Notes: a model not told the origin generated them from the letters alone. Shown: positions 1 through 12,082, counted from the first letter of the whole stretch. The stretch is DNA of 61,368 bases, filler included, from Kipferlia bialata (GCA_003568945.1; 3 parts of 3 records of this genome joined end to end with filler, not necessarily neighbours in it), one strand, 5' to 3'. Made by a program: numbers and translations.

Positions 1-78
1 GACTATTCTCCGATAGTGATCGGCGTCACGATGGGAGGGTTTGGTTTGGCCGGATCTGGAAACAAATATAGAACATAC

Positions 79-758
79 CCTGCGGGTGTATCTTCTGGGC
101 CGTCCGGCAGAGCTCCATCTCACTCATCTCCACTAGATCGGCGTCTGACAGACAGCCACACTGCTCGACCAGTGCATCCCTCCACCTGCACATGAGGGGC
201 GGTGGGAGACACATTCAAGGAGATTGACTTATCAAGAACACACCCAGAAGTGGCTGATATGCCCGTACCTTGCGTTGATTACAGTCACGAACTGGCAGGG
301 TGTGATCTCCACCAGTGTCTCGTTCAGTCGGGCAGACACAGTCTCATTCCTCACATTGCGGTCCCCAACCACAGCCAGGAAGGGCGCAGTGGACTCCAGA
401 ATGAGCCTGGAGAGGGACTGCGGCTTGATGACGGCGTTCTGAAGATAAATACTTGTGAGTGGACCCGTGAAAATGATACTGATACAGGCTATGACCGTGT
501 CTAAATCAGTACCTGGAACTTCTCCTGGAGAATTACATCGATCCCTGCCCTCAAAAGAGTCTGCTGAAGGGTCCGGGTAAACCTCATGACCTTGGGATCT
601 GCAAATAGAACAATCAGGTGCACGACTGGGCGGTAGGGGGCGGAAAACACACTAACTGATGCAGAGAGGTCGCTACATGATTCATGTGGACAGAACATCG
701 CATTGTTAGGGAACACCGACAGAAACTGAAGAGGTTTCCTCAGCTTCCGGCGTGTCAT
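79..758 (-). CDS. Spliced gene (3' end not resolved, probably runs off the window) with an HGTP anticodon-binding-like domain
   Basis: Exons 758-513, 438-269 and 185-79 join in frame through GT-AG introns. They give ...VVHLIVLFADPKVMRFTRTLQQTLLRAGIDVILQEKFQ|NAVIKPQSLSRLILESTAPFLAVVGDRNVRNETVSAR..., which resembles the His/Gly/Thr/Pro-tRNA synthetase anticodon-binding fold (L..AGI.V ... PF..VVG..E...TV..R). No synthetase catalytic domain lies upstream. Confidence 0.6.
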
Positions 759-1808
759 CTGCGCTACCGGTGGATAAACAGGCTAAGGAGATGATGGAGG
801 TCTGGAAGTGCAAGCCTAGACGCTATTCATTCACGGGACCCTCAATCCTTTTTGACCCGGCTTGTCACTATCCGTATCATCATAATTGCGGTCATTATCA
901 CATATTAATAGGCCATATCACACCTCTATGTGTAAACGCTATCAACAACGGGTACATGTAGGTGGCCCTTCGCCTCTACGACCTGAAACTCTGATATACT
1001 CCTTCTCTGACTCTTCATTTCAGGCAATATATATTCTCAAATTGACTGTTGTGAGTCTATTTTTTACGAGTATAAGCCACAGCTTCGCACAGGCGTCACA
1101 TATGGGGTTTGTAGAGAGCTGGAGACTGAAAATCAGGTAGCAAGACGAGTATGGAATGCAGACTTTGAGTCGTAGTGCGTAGTATAGAAACCCTTTCAGT
1201 TTTATGAGGAATGAGGGGACTGGTTGTCCTTTCATGTCTGTATAGTGTGTTTCCAATAATAGTACTCTCACTGACAATACTCGTTGAGATACAAGTCAAT
1301 ATCTGTAAGCTGTCTTGTGTCTGGCTATTATTTACACATATACTCAGAAGAACCGATACATATGTTACGCTAGTTCTCCCTAGTGCTCTTATACTTCAAC
1401 CACTTCAACCACTTGACTTTCAATTGACTCTTTACCAGATAACCCTGTAAGAACAACGTAGACTGTCTACTGGACAGATGTTGGTTACAGCGGGTGCTTC
1501 GACGCATGCTCGACTGGTATGTTGAGAGTGGAAGGTACTAAGACTCTTAGAGAGAGCCGGATCCTTACTAGTTACACCTGTCACACGTACATGAAGTACG
1601 TAATGTGCGGGTAGTGCCATAAGTGGAAACCTCGTAGATGGGTACAGCTTGGTTTCAATAGTGTTTTGAACAGCATGACTCGTGTACGTACAACTCTATG
1701 TCTAATTGTATTTCAGTAGATTACCCTGGTACAAATACCATTACGTTACTATCCCTATCACTTTCCAGATAAATAGACACATGATGTTGTAAATATAGCA
1801 TCTCTGTT

Positions 1809-2858
1809 CTACTCTAGAGCCTTCCTCTGTATCCACATGCTGCATCCCTTCATGCTAGTGATGTACTCAGGGCCAAGCAAGTAGGGGTCGACGTTGATTA
1901 CAAGGGAGATCAGAGGGGTAACCATCAGGAGTGTGGTGCTGTTTAGCCAAACTAGAGAGGCATCTATGCAATAGACGTCCCGCTCGTCTATGAGAGGAAG
2001 AGACTCCAAAAGTACCCTATCCTGGGACACTGTGTCATGGATCCAAAAGTCAAACATCGTTACCCACCGTCCGTAACGGCTTCTCTCATATCCTGTAACG
2101 AGGAGGTGGTAGGGACCATATAAGTGGACGATAGAAACGATTCTGTACGTATTGAACGCAGCTGGTATAGTACACCGGAAAGACCACAAGAATGGCTCTG
2201 TGCTCCATAAATGGTTCTTGTAGTATAGGTAGCAGGACTTGCCCTTTATCTGCCCGTATGCGACGTGACTTAGACCATGGTTTGTGACGCAATCGGTTAC
2301 CTCAATGGGTCTGGGACAAGTATCCATTTTTGTCCACTCACGTGTTGTCAACGACCACTCCCATGTATCATCGGAGTAGCCATAGTCATCACTGTAGCCT
2401 CCCGTGAAAACCAGCGAATCTGAAGTCGTGAACAGGTATGGAATGGTAAATGAGACCCCCTCTGCAAATGGAATACTCTCCCATTCTGCTGTAGCGATTG
2501 AATACACAGCTAAGAAATCGTGAGACCAATAGTATGTCACTACACAATCTGCCACACGCATCAGTGTCGCATCTGTGACTGGTGCGGCATCGTCAGTCAC
2601 TACATCAGGAAGAATTGTGGGACCCGCAATGCTAACCGAAGTGAATGTGAGGTCATCTGCAAGGGTTAAGATGGTCCAATGTTGCTTTGAAGCCCAACGG
2701 TACGTAACCATTGCTCTGTTGTCTCCTAGTGGTGCCACAGAAAGGATTTCCGCATACGTATCGGGAAACACATTACGTATCACGGAGCAGTCTGTGAACC
2801 AAGGCATGCCCTGCATACTCGCTCTGGGAGTATTACTCTGAACATTAGGGAATGACAC
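1809..2858 (-). CDS. Intronless 349-aa Kelch-like beta-propeller protein
   Basis: Long, non-repetitive ORF. It contains the Kelch-type blade LVFTGGYSDDYGYSDDTWEWSLTTREWTKMDTCPRP and a second degenerate blade (AVYSIATAEWESIP). Confidence 0.65.
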   Translation of the reverse strand: MSFPNVQSNTPRASMQGMPWFTDCSVIRNVFPDTYAEILSVAPLGDNRAMVTYRWASKQHWTILTLADDLTFTSVSIAGPTILPDVVTDDAAPVTDATLMRVADCVVTYYWSHDFLAVYSIATAEWESIPFAEGVSFTIPYLFTTSDSLVFTGGYSDDYGYSDDTWEWSLTTREWTKMDTCPRPIEVTDCVTNHGLSHVAYGQIKGKSCYLYYKNHLWSTEPFLWSFRCTIPAAFNTYRIVSIVHLYGPYHLLVTGYERSRYGRWVTMFDFWIHDTVSQDRVLLESLPLIDERDVYCIDASLVWLNSTTLLMVTPLISLVINVDPYLLGPEYITSMKGCSMWIQRKALE

Positions 2859-3876
2859 ACTAGGTCTTTGGGGTGTTTGTTACATATTCCATGTGTATTT
2901 GAGATGTACGATGGTGTTGTGTCGCTTGTTATACACTCAGGTGTCACTATACTCTCAATGGGAAACATCGGGCCTCTAGTTACTGGTTACCTGTTTGGTA
3001 TTACTTCGTTATTAACCTTGCTAGGATCTGGTATCTGTTGCAATATATGTACTGGTGGGCTGGAGAAGGCTATTATGGTACAGGGACGGAGTCTAACCAA
3101 TACTATCCTCAGGTGGGTCTCACTACCATAAGTATTTTTGATAGGAGCAAACTGTAGTTCTGAATATATACTAGAAGCCCTATGTATTAGAACTTCAAAT
3201 TTTGAAGGTATCACTGCGATCAAGGGGCTCCACTTCGGGGAAGTAGTCCCTGTTCATTGCTCGCAGTCTGCGATGCTCTCTCTGAGGGGCCTCACACCTA
3301 TATGATGAAGTGTAATGTAGGAAAGTGTCCCGGGTTGAAAAACCAGTGGAAGGCACTGATGCACTGGTATGTTGAGAGCTATGTGTGAAAACCACTTATT
3401 ATAGGCTAATGTCTATTACATCTCCTCTCTCCGTGGAATAATACCGTGTCTTGGTATTGGTATCGAATACTTTGCGTTTTTGGTTCAATCCAGTCAACGT
3501 ATTGTATACTTGAGTGACTCAAGTTGAGTCTATGGTATTGACCTGACTTGCAGACGATATATGTAGGCGACTGCTCAATGAAGGGTTTCTGAAGTGGAGG
3601 CGCTTCATAGGAGAATAGTGAATACTACATTCTGTTACTTGGAGGGCCGCTAGTAATTATGAACGATTAATTAATGAATTCATGTGAGCAGGTTGAGTAT
3701 TACTGTACTTTGAGTAGGATCAAAAATCTCATGGAATGAACTCATTGTAGCGATGAAACGTGATATATATATCTCCCCATATCGGTTTATCTTTGGCGTA
3801 TGATGCCAAGTAGTACAGCACGGTGAGTAATGGGGTAAGTATTATACATATAGGTGTATCGTGTAGAGATTAGGAA

Positions 3877-3925
3877 TGAACTGAAGGGTCCAGTGTGCGC
3901 GTGGGTTCGAACCCCATACAGGTCG
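3877..3925 (+). pseudogene. tRNA-like 3' remnant (Leu-like)
   Basis: T-arm GTGGG-TTCGAAC-CCCAT is preceded by ...AAGGGTCCAGT...GC, resembling the 3' half of eukaryotic tRNA-Leu. No D-arm or complementary 5' acceptor strand (GACCTGT) was found nearby. Confidence 0.35.
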
Positions 3926-4214
3926 TTATCCTTCTCTGAGCCCATAGGCCAATCCCCACTGGATACCGACAGGCATGCTGGCCTCAGTACGGTGGAAAGA
4001 TCCAGACTTGACAAACACATGCTTTCAACGGTTCAGAGAGAGCACAAACGACGTTTGAAAAGGGGTTCACCTCACTTCGTAGAATGGATGGCCCACAGAG
4101 TGCAACCAGTCTCAGCCCTCCATTTCATGGTGAGTTTGAAATGGCAAACACTTTCGGTCACATGGAGCAACCCAGAGTCACTCTCTTTTCAATTCGCCAC
4201 AGATTGATCTAAAG

Positions 4215-4442
4215 ATGACTGACATTGAGAAGATTGTTGCCGCTGATATGTTCTGGTGAGTGAGTATCATGTGCATGTGGTACTGTGATTCTGAGTCTGC
4301 ACGGGCCCTTTAGATTTTACACCAAGCTATATATATCCCAGGCCCCTCTTACCCCAGCAACCAGTGCGAGCAGGCTGCTGGCCCCCTCGGATGCACTGTG
4401 AAGGGTGTGTGTGGCAAGGAGGCCGACACCTCTGCCGCCCAG
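4215..4442 (+). CDS. hcp: Hybrid cluster protein (prismane/hydroxylamine reductase), N-terminal two exons only
   Basis: Exons 4215-4255 and 4358-4442 give MTDIEKIVAADMFCNQCEQAAGPLGCTVKGVCGKEADTSAAQ, the Hcp N-terminal Fe-S motif MFCxQCEQ...GCTxxGVCGK. The rest of Hcp is absent. Confidence 0.85.
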
Positions 4443-4504
4443 GTACTTAGATGTATCATTCACTGTACATTGTGTAGATTTAATACACACTTGCGTTTGG
4501 TAAT

Positions 4505-4551
4505 CCCCCCCCCCCCCCCCCCCCTCTCCCAGTCTCCCCCCCCCCCCCCCC
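4505..4551. repeat. Poly-C tract at the Hcp / MgsA-C junction
   Basis: Two C homopolymer runs followed by (CT)n, seen directly. Confidence 0.95.
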
Positions 4552-4580
4552 TCTCTCTCTTCACATCTCTCTCTCACCAG

Positions 4581-5201
4581 GCCGCCATGGACATTGTCTC
4601 AACACATACAGTGGCAGAGTTGCACCCACCACACTCCCTCATTAGGTACTGTATGTCTCTCTCTCTCTCTGCACCATCAATATATACTGCTACCCAGTAT
4701 GAAGGAGGTAAATATATACTTATACTCTTGTATCCAGTGTTGTCCGTCAGTCTCTCTCTCCCTCTCTGTCTATGTGTATGCACATTCCCTCACATTCAGC
4801 GATGACCACACTGGTAGACGTACAGGGGCTGGCCGAGAATACATTTGGCCTCATGGTGAGTAGATGTATGTGTATGTATAGGATATATCCCATACTCCCA
4901 GACTATTAGGGTTCCACAGCATTGGAATACAAATTTAGCATGTATAGTATGTTGTATCATATGAGAACTAGTATATGTACTATTGTTCCATATCTCACCC
5001 CAGACTTTGGCGGGTACCATAGTAATGAGTGTCTGCCGGAGGGACTGACAGACGTCAGGTATCTCATATGTACTCTCATCTATGAGTTTATACTCAATAT
5101 GGATATACGATTGCTGTGTTCTGTATATATCATTTAGACATATATACTCTACTGTGTATACTCATGTCAGGCTGTACTATGAGGAGGGTGGCTGGAAGTA
5201 G
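4581..5201 (+). CDS. MgsA/RarA/WRNIP1 AAA+ ATPase C-terminal-like segment (last four exons)
   Basis: Exons 4581-4645, 4800-4855, 5004-5058 and 5171-5201 are in frame: AAMDIVSTHTVAELHPPHSLISDDHTGRRTGAGREYIWPHDFGGYHSNECLPEGLTDVRLYYEEGGWK*. This matches the MgsA_C pattern P.HL...G.G..Y.YPHD..G....YLP..L....Y. Confidence 0.6.
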
Positions 5202-5931
5202 TAGTAGTTGCCTCACTCATATCGACATGGCGTTGGCGTAGCATGGCATACATCTACAGAAGAGAGAGGGGGAGAGAGAGAGAGAGACCGTGATGTGACT
5301 GAGCCTCTGAGAAGGCATCTCAGAACCCTCTGGACACTCAGCCCACACGTCATAGCGTTGTATCACATGACAGTTCCTGCTGCTGCTTCTTGTACAGTGC
5401 CTTGGTACTACTTCTGGCCAGTCAGCATCTCTTCGCCATCTGTGTGATGCCTTGCCTCCTCCAGGTGTGGAGAGGGTATCAGTATACTTAGAGACCCCTC
5501 ATTGATAATGATACTGGGACTGAGAGTGGAGAGGAGAGACTCATGATGCCAAGAGTCACGAGAGCTCTAGGTATATCAGTCCATTGATGTATGTACTGCT
5601 TTCCATCTAGTCAGTCATGGGACAGTCATGGGACACGTTCGAAGTCCCAGAGAAGTTCGGATTCTAACCCTGCATAATACTATGTTTACCATTGGTGTCG
5701 GTTCAGGTTATTTGGGACCAAGAGACTTCCATAGGAGCTCTTCTTTCTATGGGAAGCTCTGTCTCATACTACTCTTTCGTGACGAAGAATAGATCAGCCG
5801 GTGTGTTTGTTGGTTCAGATATATATATATATACAGATACATACAGATACTAGTATACACTAGGCAAAGTAGGTCAGGTATACAATTCCCAATGACAAGT
5901 TTACAGTTACGATCTATTGTTACATATTCTC

Positions 5932-5964
<33 letters not shown>

Positions 5965-5966
<2 letters not shown>

Positions 5967-6936
5967 ATCCCAGTCCACCCATGACGGGGCTCTCCCTCAT
6001 GGTGGGGGTCTGGGGTCTGGGGTGAGGGTATACATAGACTGTATATACATACAAATCCATCAATACAAAATGCATAATAGATATAGGAACATATGCACGT
6101 GGTGGGGGTCTGGGGTCTGGGGTCAGGCACTAACACTAAGGGACAACAAATATCAGTGATTATTAATAGGCACAACGACACTATCTTCAGAGACATATAC
6201 ATAACACATATAACATCTCACGTAGTGAGAGAGGACTGGGCCCCACCTGCTGACTATCTCTGGTAGGTACTCTGTGACGTCTGAGGCACGGTGCTGGGTG
6301 TGAGAGATATATACACTATGTAGACATATATATAGAGTTTTCCATATATATACAATACAAGATGGAGATATACATACATGTATCTGAAAGGATATATACA
6401 TTGGAGGCACGGTACTGGGGGGGAGAGGGATACATTTGTAGAATAGATATGTTGTAATGAATGCAAAGCACACCATATACAGTGTACAATATGTATATGT
6501 GTCCCAGTATCCATACCTGGTGCTATATAGCACATAAGTATATGCACATATATGTATCATATATGTACCTGGTGTGGCAGTGTGGCCACTGTCTGGGTGG
6601 CAGCAACGGTGGCAAACTCCTGAAGGGGTTAGAGTCTCAATGAATACATACACGCATATAGTAGTACATATATTCATCCTTAATCATCCTTACCCGCACT
6701 CTCTCCTCCAGCCACTAGGGGTGGGGGTCACAAGGCTCTCTCTCTCTCTATATATATATATACATATACATATTCATATCTCTATATACACCTATACCTG
6801 CACTCTCTCCTCCAGCCACTGGGGGTGGGGGTCACAGGGGTCAGACACGTCCTGAGGTAAGAGAATGAGACAAGAGAGAGAGAGAGAGAGAGCATAGCAG
6901 CAACGTCCCTCATCTCAGAGGGGGCAACCTGGGTAA

Positions 6937-6979
<43 letters not shown>

Positions 6980-7568
6980 GGGGGTCACAGGGGTCAGACA
7001 CGTTCTAGGGGGTGAGCCAACACAAGACAACACATAAGATATCCATACACATACTGATTTGTATATACATATACCATATATATGTGGAGAGAGAGACAAG
7101 GGAAGTTGCATACCTCGAACCCCTCCTCCAGCAGCTCTGCCTCCACACTCTTCCTGAGGGCACGGAGGGCAAGGAGGTATCTGGAGTGAATACATATATG
7201 GGTATAAGTACACACATTTACAATACTTGGCAGCACAGCATACTGGAGCTACATACCTGGCCCATGAGTTGACTGCAAAGAACACCACCTCGAGTCTGGG
7301 GGCACGGCCTGAGGTGAGATATAGTATGTAAACAGACATGAGTATACATATATACTATATAATTTTGTATATATGGAACACATCAGTCTGCGTACATGGC
7401 CTGGGAGACGAGTGTGAGTATGTATACACCTTTACATATACATATACACTTAGTAGTGTACCTAGTGACACACTTGAGCTGACTGCTGAGACATACTCCA
7501 GCACCACCCCCTCATCGGTGGCATGGATGTCTGGTATGCAGTCAACTAGAAGACCGGCACCCTTAAGT

Positions 7569-7605
<37 letters not shown>

Positions 7606-8710
7606 ATGTGGCATGGATGTCGGGGATACAGTCAACTAGAAGACCGGCACCCTTATAGTGAGATAGACTATATATAGATATATATGAAGACAGAGGGAGG
7701 GGGGGAGGTTTAGAGAGGGAGGTTTAGAGAGGGGGGAAAACTCACCTTGGTTGGTCCCAGGGCAGAGGAGAGACGACGGCGCTGGAAACCTGTGTAAGTC
7801 AAGATACACCATACACGAACTATCTATTCTCCATTGTTAAGAGATACCTGTTGACTTGACCAGCTGATCTCTCTCTCTCTGTCTCTCGGTACATATATAC
7901 ATATAGCTCTATATACATAGACCTACCTGTTGACTTGACCAGCTGCTCTCTGCTCTGTGGGCCATGCCTCAGGGCACGCAGGAGGCGGACCTAGAGGGTA
8001 ACATAATGTGTATATATACATACTCATATTTATATATATATAGAGAGAGAGGGGGGGGGGGATGAAATGTCTCAGGGCACGGAGGAGGCGGACCTAAGTG
8101 GTTAGGAATACACTCATGTATAGTTAAAGTATACATGTTTATGCACAAAGAGAGAGAGAGAGTTATAGTGTCTCAGGGCACGCAGCAGGCGGACCTAAGG
8201 GGTTAAGTGTACATACAGTATATGTATACATATATATTATACATATTTGTTGTGTTCGTATATATGTATAGAATGAATATATATACACTGTATGTATAGC
8301 GTGTACCTGGATCCTCTCCACGCTGTGTGCGTAACGGGAGCTTCTCTCTTCCTGATGGTGAGAGAGGAAGAGCATACACTTGCAAGGAGTATCTCAAACA
8401 CAAGTACTATGAATAATGTACACTTCTAAGTAAGAGACATGGCAGTCACTACTGTGCTCTTTATAGCCCTAACATATCAATTCATCAGAAGTGAGGATTG
8501 GGTATGCGAGGATAGTGGACTTAAAGTATAGTATACACTATTATGCATATTATATATCGTACACAAGTATAGTCACTATTACCTCAGGAGTGAGGATTGG
8601 GTATGTGAGCACTGTGGATCCATTGGTGTTGAAGGGCAGGAGTCTGTCTGTGTCACCAGGGGTGTCAGAGGCAACCTGGAGTTATAGTATACACATACAT
8701 AGAGAAAAAG

Positions 8711-8748
<38 letters not shown>

Positions 8749-11725
8749 CTCTCACCTGGAAGGAGTCTGCAAAGAGACCTGACCTGACCAGATCGGACAG
8801 GGCAAACAGACCGCCTGGGGTAAGTATATATACAGTAGTGCATAACTACATACACTTGTATATACTAACAACACAACTGGTCGGACAGGGCAAACAGACC
8901 GCCTGCGGTTGATTAAGGTAAATGTGTGAGTGTGTAACTGTACCATTGCAAACACATACGATGATTGTGGCATACAATTATATATATGTATTATCATATA
9001 TAGATAGATATATACCTGGCATTGTGAGCTTCTTGCCCAGGGCCCTCATGACACAGGGACCAGTGGAGGCCTAGAGCATTAAGGGTGTAGAGGGAGAGAG
9101 AGAGAGAGAGAGAGAGACATGACACAGGGACCAGTGGAGGCCTGGATATTAAGGGTGTAGAGAGAGAGAGAGAGAGAGGGAGAAAGAGAGAGAGAAGACA
9201 CAGGGACCAGTGGAGGATGGAATTCTATATTATATATTGTATATATATATATGCATACTCATACCTCCTTGATGTCCTCTGGGATACCTGTCTCTCTACT
9301 AATATATATACATATGCTATACATATACTTATAGTATCCTACCTCCTTGATGTCCTCTGGGATGGCCACGTCCATCTTCTCCAGGGTGTGCAGGAGCCTG
9401 TAGGTTAGAGTAGTATGTGCAATATATATATATATATATACAACACAGACTAGGGTAAGGCGGAGCCTAGGATAGAACATATATAGTAGACAGTCGAGTA
9501 AGACCGTTCAATATATATATACACATATATTCAGCTATACCCACTCACATGTGGTGCAGGATGTGTGTTGGATCTAGTCTGGCAGAGTATTTACAACATA
9601 GACACTACATACGTATTATATATTCTATATATATACTCATAATGTATAACACATATATAATATATGTACATACATGTGGTGCAGGGTGTGTGTTGGATCA
9701 AGTCTGGCTGGGGCCTGCAGACCCTCAGTCTCTGAGGGGTTAGAGAGGATAGGATATGCCGCAGGGAACAGGGGGGGTAGTGTGTATACAGTAAGACGTG
9801 TGATATACTTATGTACTGGGAACTATACAGAGAGAGAGAGAGAGAGAGAGAGAGTACCTGATGCCGAGTACTCCTCTGACTGTGACAGGTCCAGACCAAG
9901 GGTGTCTAGGTCCCTCTCGTTCTCATAGACTGAGGGTCAGATTAGACAGATGGACTCTCTTGTGGAGACATAAACAGATGCTATACATATAACACATAGT
10001 ATATATAGTCAGAGTCCCTCTCGTTGTCATAGACTGAGGGTCAGGTGGACTCTTTGAATAATTCATATATGGTATATGAATTGAGTATATATACAAATAT
10101 ATAGTATATTTTGAGAATATATATATATAGTATTATATCTGTGTATATACCTGGTGACACTATGGGTGCTGACCCTAGACCGGCCCCATCACCAAGGGGG
10201 ATGGTGAGGGAGGGGGAAGTCTTAGCTAGCGGTAAGGGATAGAGAGAGTGTGTGAAGGAGGGAGAAGGAGAGAGACATGAACAATCATCACCAAGGGGGA
10301 TGGTGAGGGAGGGGGAAGTCTTGGCTAGTGGTGAATATGAATAGAGAGACAGGCGGGGGGAGAGGAGGAGAAAGAGAAAAGGGGATTTAAGAGGGATGGT
10401 GAGGGGGAGCCCTTAGCCCTAGTGGTAAGGGAAAGAGAGAGAGGTAAAGCCAGAGAGACCAAGGAGCATTGCAATAACCAGCCACACCATATAAAGATAT
10501 AAAATTCCATGTATATCTATACATATATATATATCAATGCATACCTGGGCTGGGCCGTCTCTTGGTGGGAGGCCCCAGGGGGTCAGTCAGGGATGGTCCT
10601 AGACTGTCAGTCAATGAGGGTCCTCCTGTGTTGTTGTTGGCAATGGAGTCAGCAGGGAGGGGGAACTGGTTCTCGACAGAGCCAAGGGACCCTGAGGTGG
10701 CAGAGAGGGAGAGAGATATATAAAGAGAGAGAGAGAGAGAGAGCGAACCTGCAGAGGTGGCAGAGAGAGAGAGGGAGTCTGATCTGCCGAAGGGGTCTGA
10801 GGGGAAGCCATAGTCAATGCCTGGGGTGATGTATATAGAGGTAGAGAGGGGGAGAGAGAGACAGAGAGCGAAGGAGTCAGACGGGTAGTCGATGTACATG
10901 GGGAGAGGGCATCAAGAAGGAATAGTTGATACACCAAAGAAGTATTAATGAAATAATGAACAGTATGAATATACATCATATACATGTGAGTGTGTCTCCA
11001 CGGGATAGGGTGGATACTCATGACTACCGTTAGAGGAGTAATACAATATGTATACATATATTGAAGAGTACACATACCTGTGAATGTGTCTCTGGGGGAT
11101 AGAGTGGAAGGGCCACCTACATAGTTGTCCATGCCTGGGAGGTAAGGGAAGAAGGTGAGAGGGGGACAACGGAGAGACCGAAGGGGAGGGGGGGAGAGAG
11201 GCAGAAATAGAGGGACAATCGAGATAGGACGAGGTGGTAAGCGTCAGAGAGAGAAAGAGAGAGAGAGACAGTGGGGGGGAGAGAAAAATATCCATCCCAA
11301 GAGCTTAAGCAACCGAGGAGAGTGTGCATGTGTATAATAATAGTAACTGGAGCAGAGATTAGGATATCTACATAGACATATGTATGTATACCTAGATCAA
11401 TGGACAGAGGCTGTGGCTGGAGGGAGTCACTGGCGTAGAGAGGGGGGTCGAGGGAGGGGAAGGTGCCCATGTCCCCTAGACCACCCATCTCACCCACCCC
11501 CAGGGTACCCACCCCTAGGGAGCCTAGACCAGCTGAGGGTGGGGCACCGGCACTCCCATACCCCTCATCCTTGTCTGCATAGCTTGGGAAGACAGGGGGT
11601 GCGGGGCCAAGGGTACCTGAGGGGCTGTAGAGATCACCTATCCCAGTGGGGTCTGAGGCATGCACATCCTCTCCCTCCCTCTCTCTCTTCTCTCCTAGTG
11701 TAGTGGTACTGTCACTCGCGTCCAT
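5965..11725 (-). CDS. Multi-exon hypothetical protein with a long P/S/G-rich disordered N-terminus and a winged-helix-like segment
   Basis: ATG at 11725 (MDASDSTTTLG...). Consecutive in-frame exons give VRLLRALRHGPQSREQLVKSTG|FQRRRLSSALGPTK|GAGLLVDCIPDIHATDEGVVLEY..., and the last exon ends PQTPTMRESPVMGGLG* at 5965. Not every junction was verified. Confidence 0.65.
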
Positions 11726-12006
11726 CTGCCTGCGAGAGATACCTTGTAAGGTTGGAGAGAGGCCATCTTCCCAGTAAGGTTGCTAAGGCACACCAGGTTC
11801 GCAGAGAGGGTTCGCAGCCATATACATATTGACTGGGTTCGCAATAGAGTTACCACAGTGACAACCCCCCGCTGGAATCAAAATGGACCCTTTTGCTAGA
11901 TCCTACACTAAAAACTGTTTTTGTCACTAGGGGTGCAGTGATGAGAGGTGACATCAGAGAGAGAGAGAGAGTGCTTCTACAGCGTCCAGGAGAGAGAGAG
12001 AGGGAA

Positions 12007-12082
12007 ATGGCAAGGCTTCTCGCTGCGCTGCTTCTCTTGGTAGTGGCCTGTGTGGCCATTGAGTTTGACCTGCCCAGTGGAC
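12007..12082 (+). CDS. First exon of a secreted/type-I membrane protein resembling the p24 (emp24/gp25L/TMED) family
   Basis: MARLLAALLLLVVACVAIEFDLPSG, followed by a GTACGT donor. This is a signal peptide plus an x-F-x-L-P start like the first GOLD-domain strand of p24 proteins. No further p24 exons were found. Confidence 0.45.

Noticed and set aside
928..1175. Possible two-exon ~60-aa plus-strand gene (MCKRYQQRVHVG|NIYSQIDCC...)
   Set aside because: No recognisable homology and a weak donor; it cannot be supported.
3508..3524. Inverted repeat ACTTGAGT-G-ACTCAAGT
   Set aside because: Only 8-bp arms with no associated element; plausible by chance.
4698..4745. Possible 10-nt and 8-nt micro-exons
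   Set aside because: Direct splicing 4645->4800 is already in frame and fits the MgsA_C spacing better.
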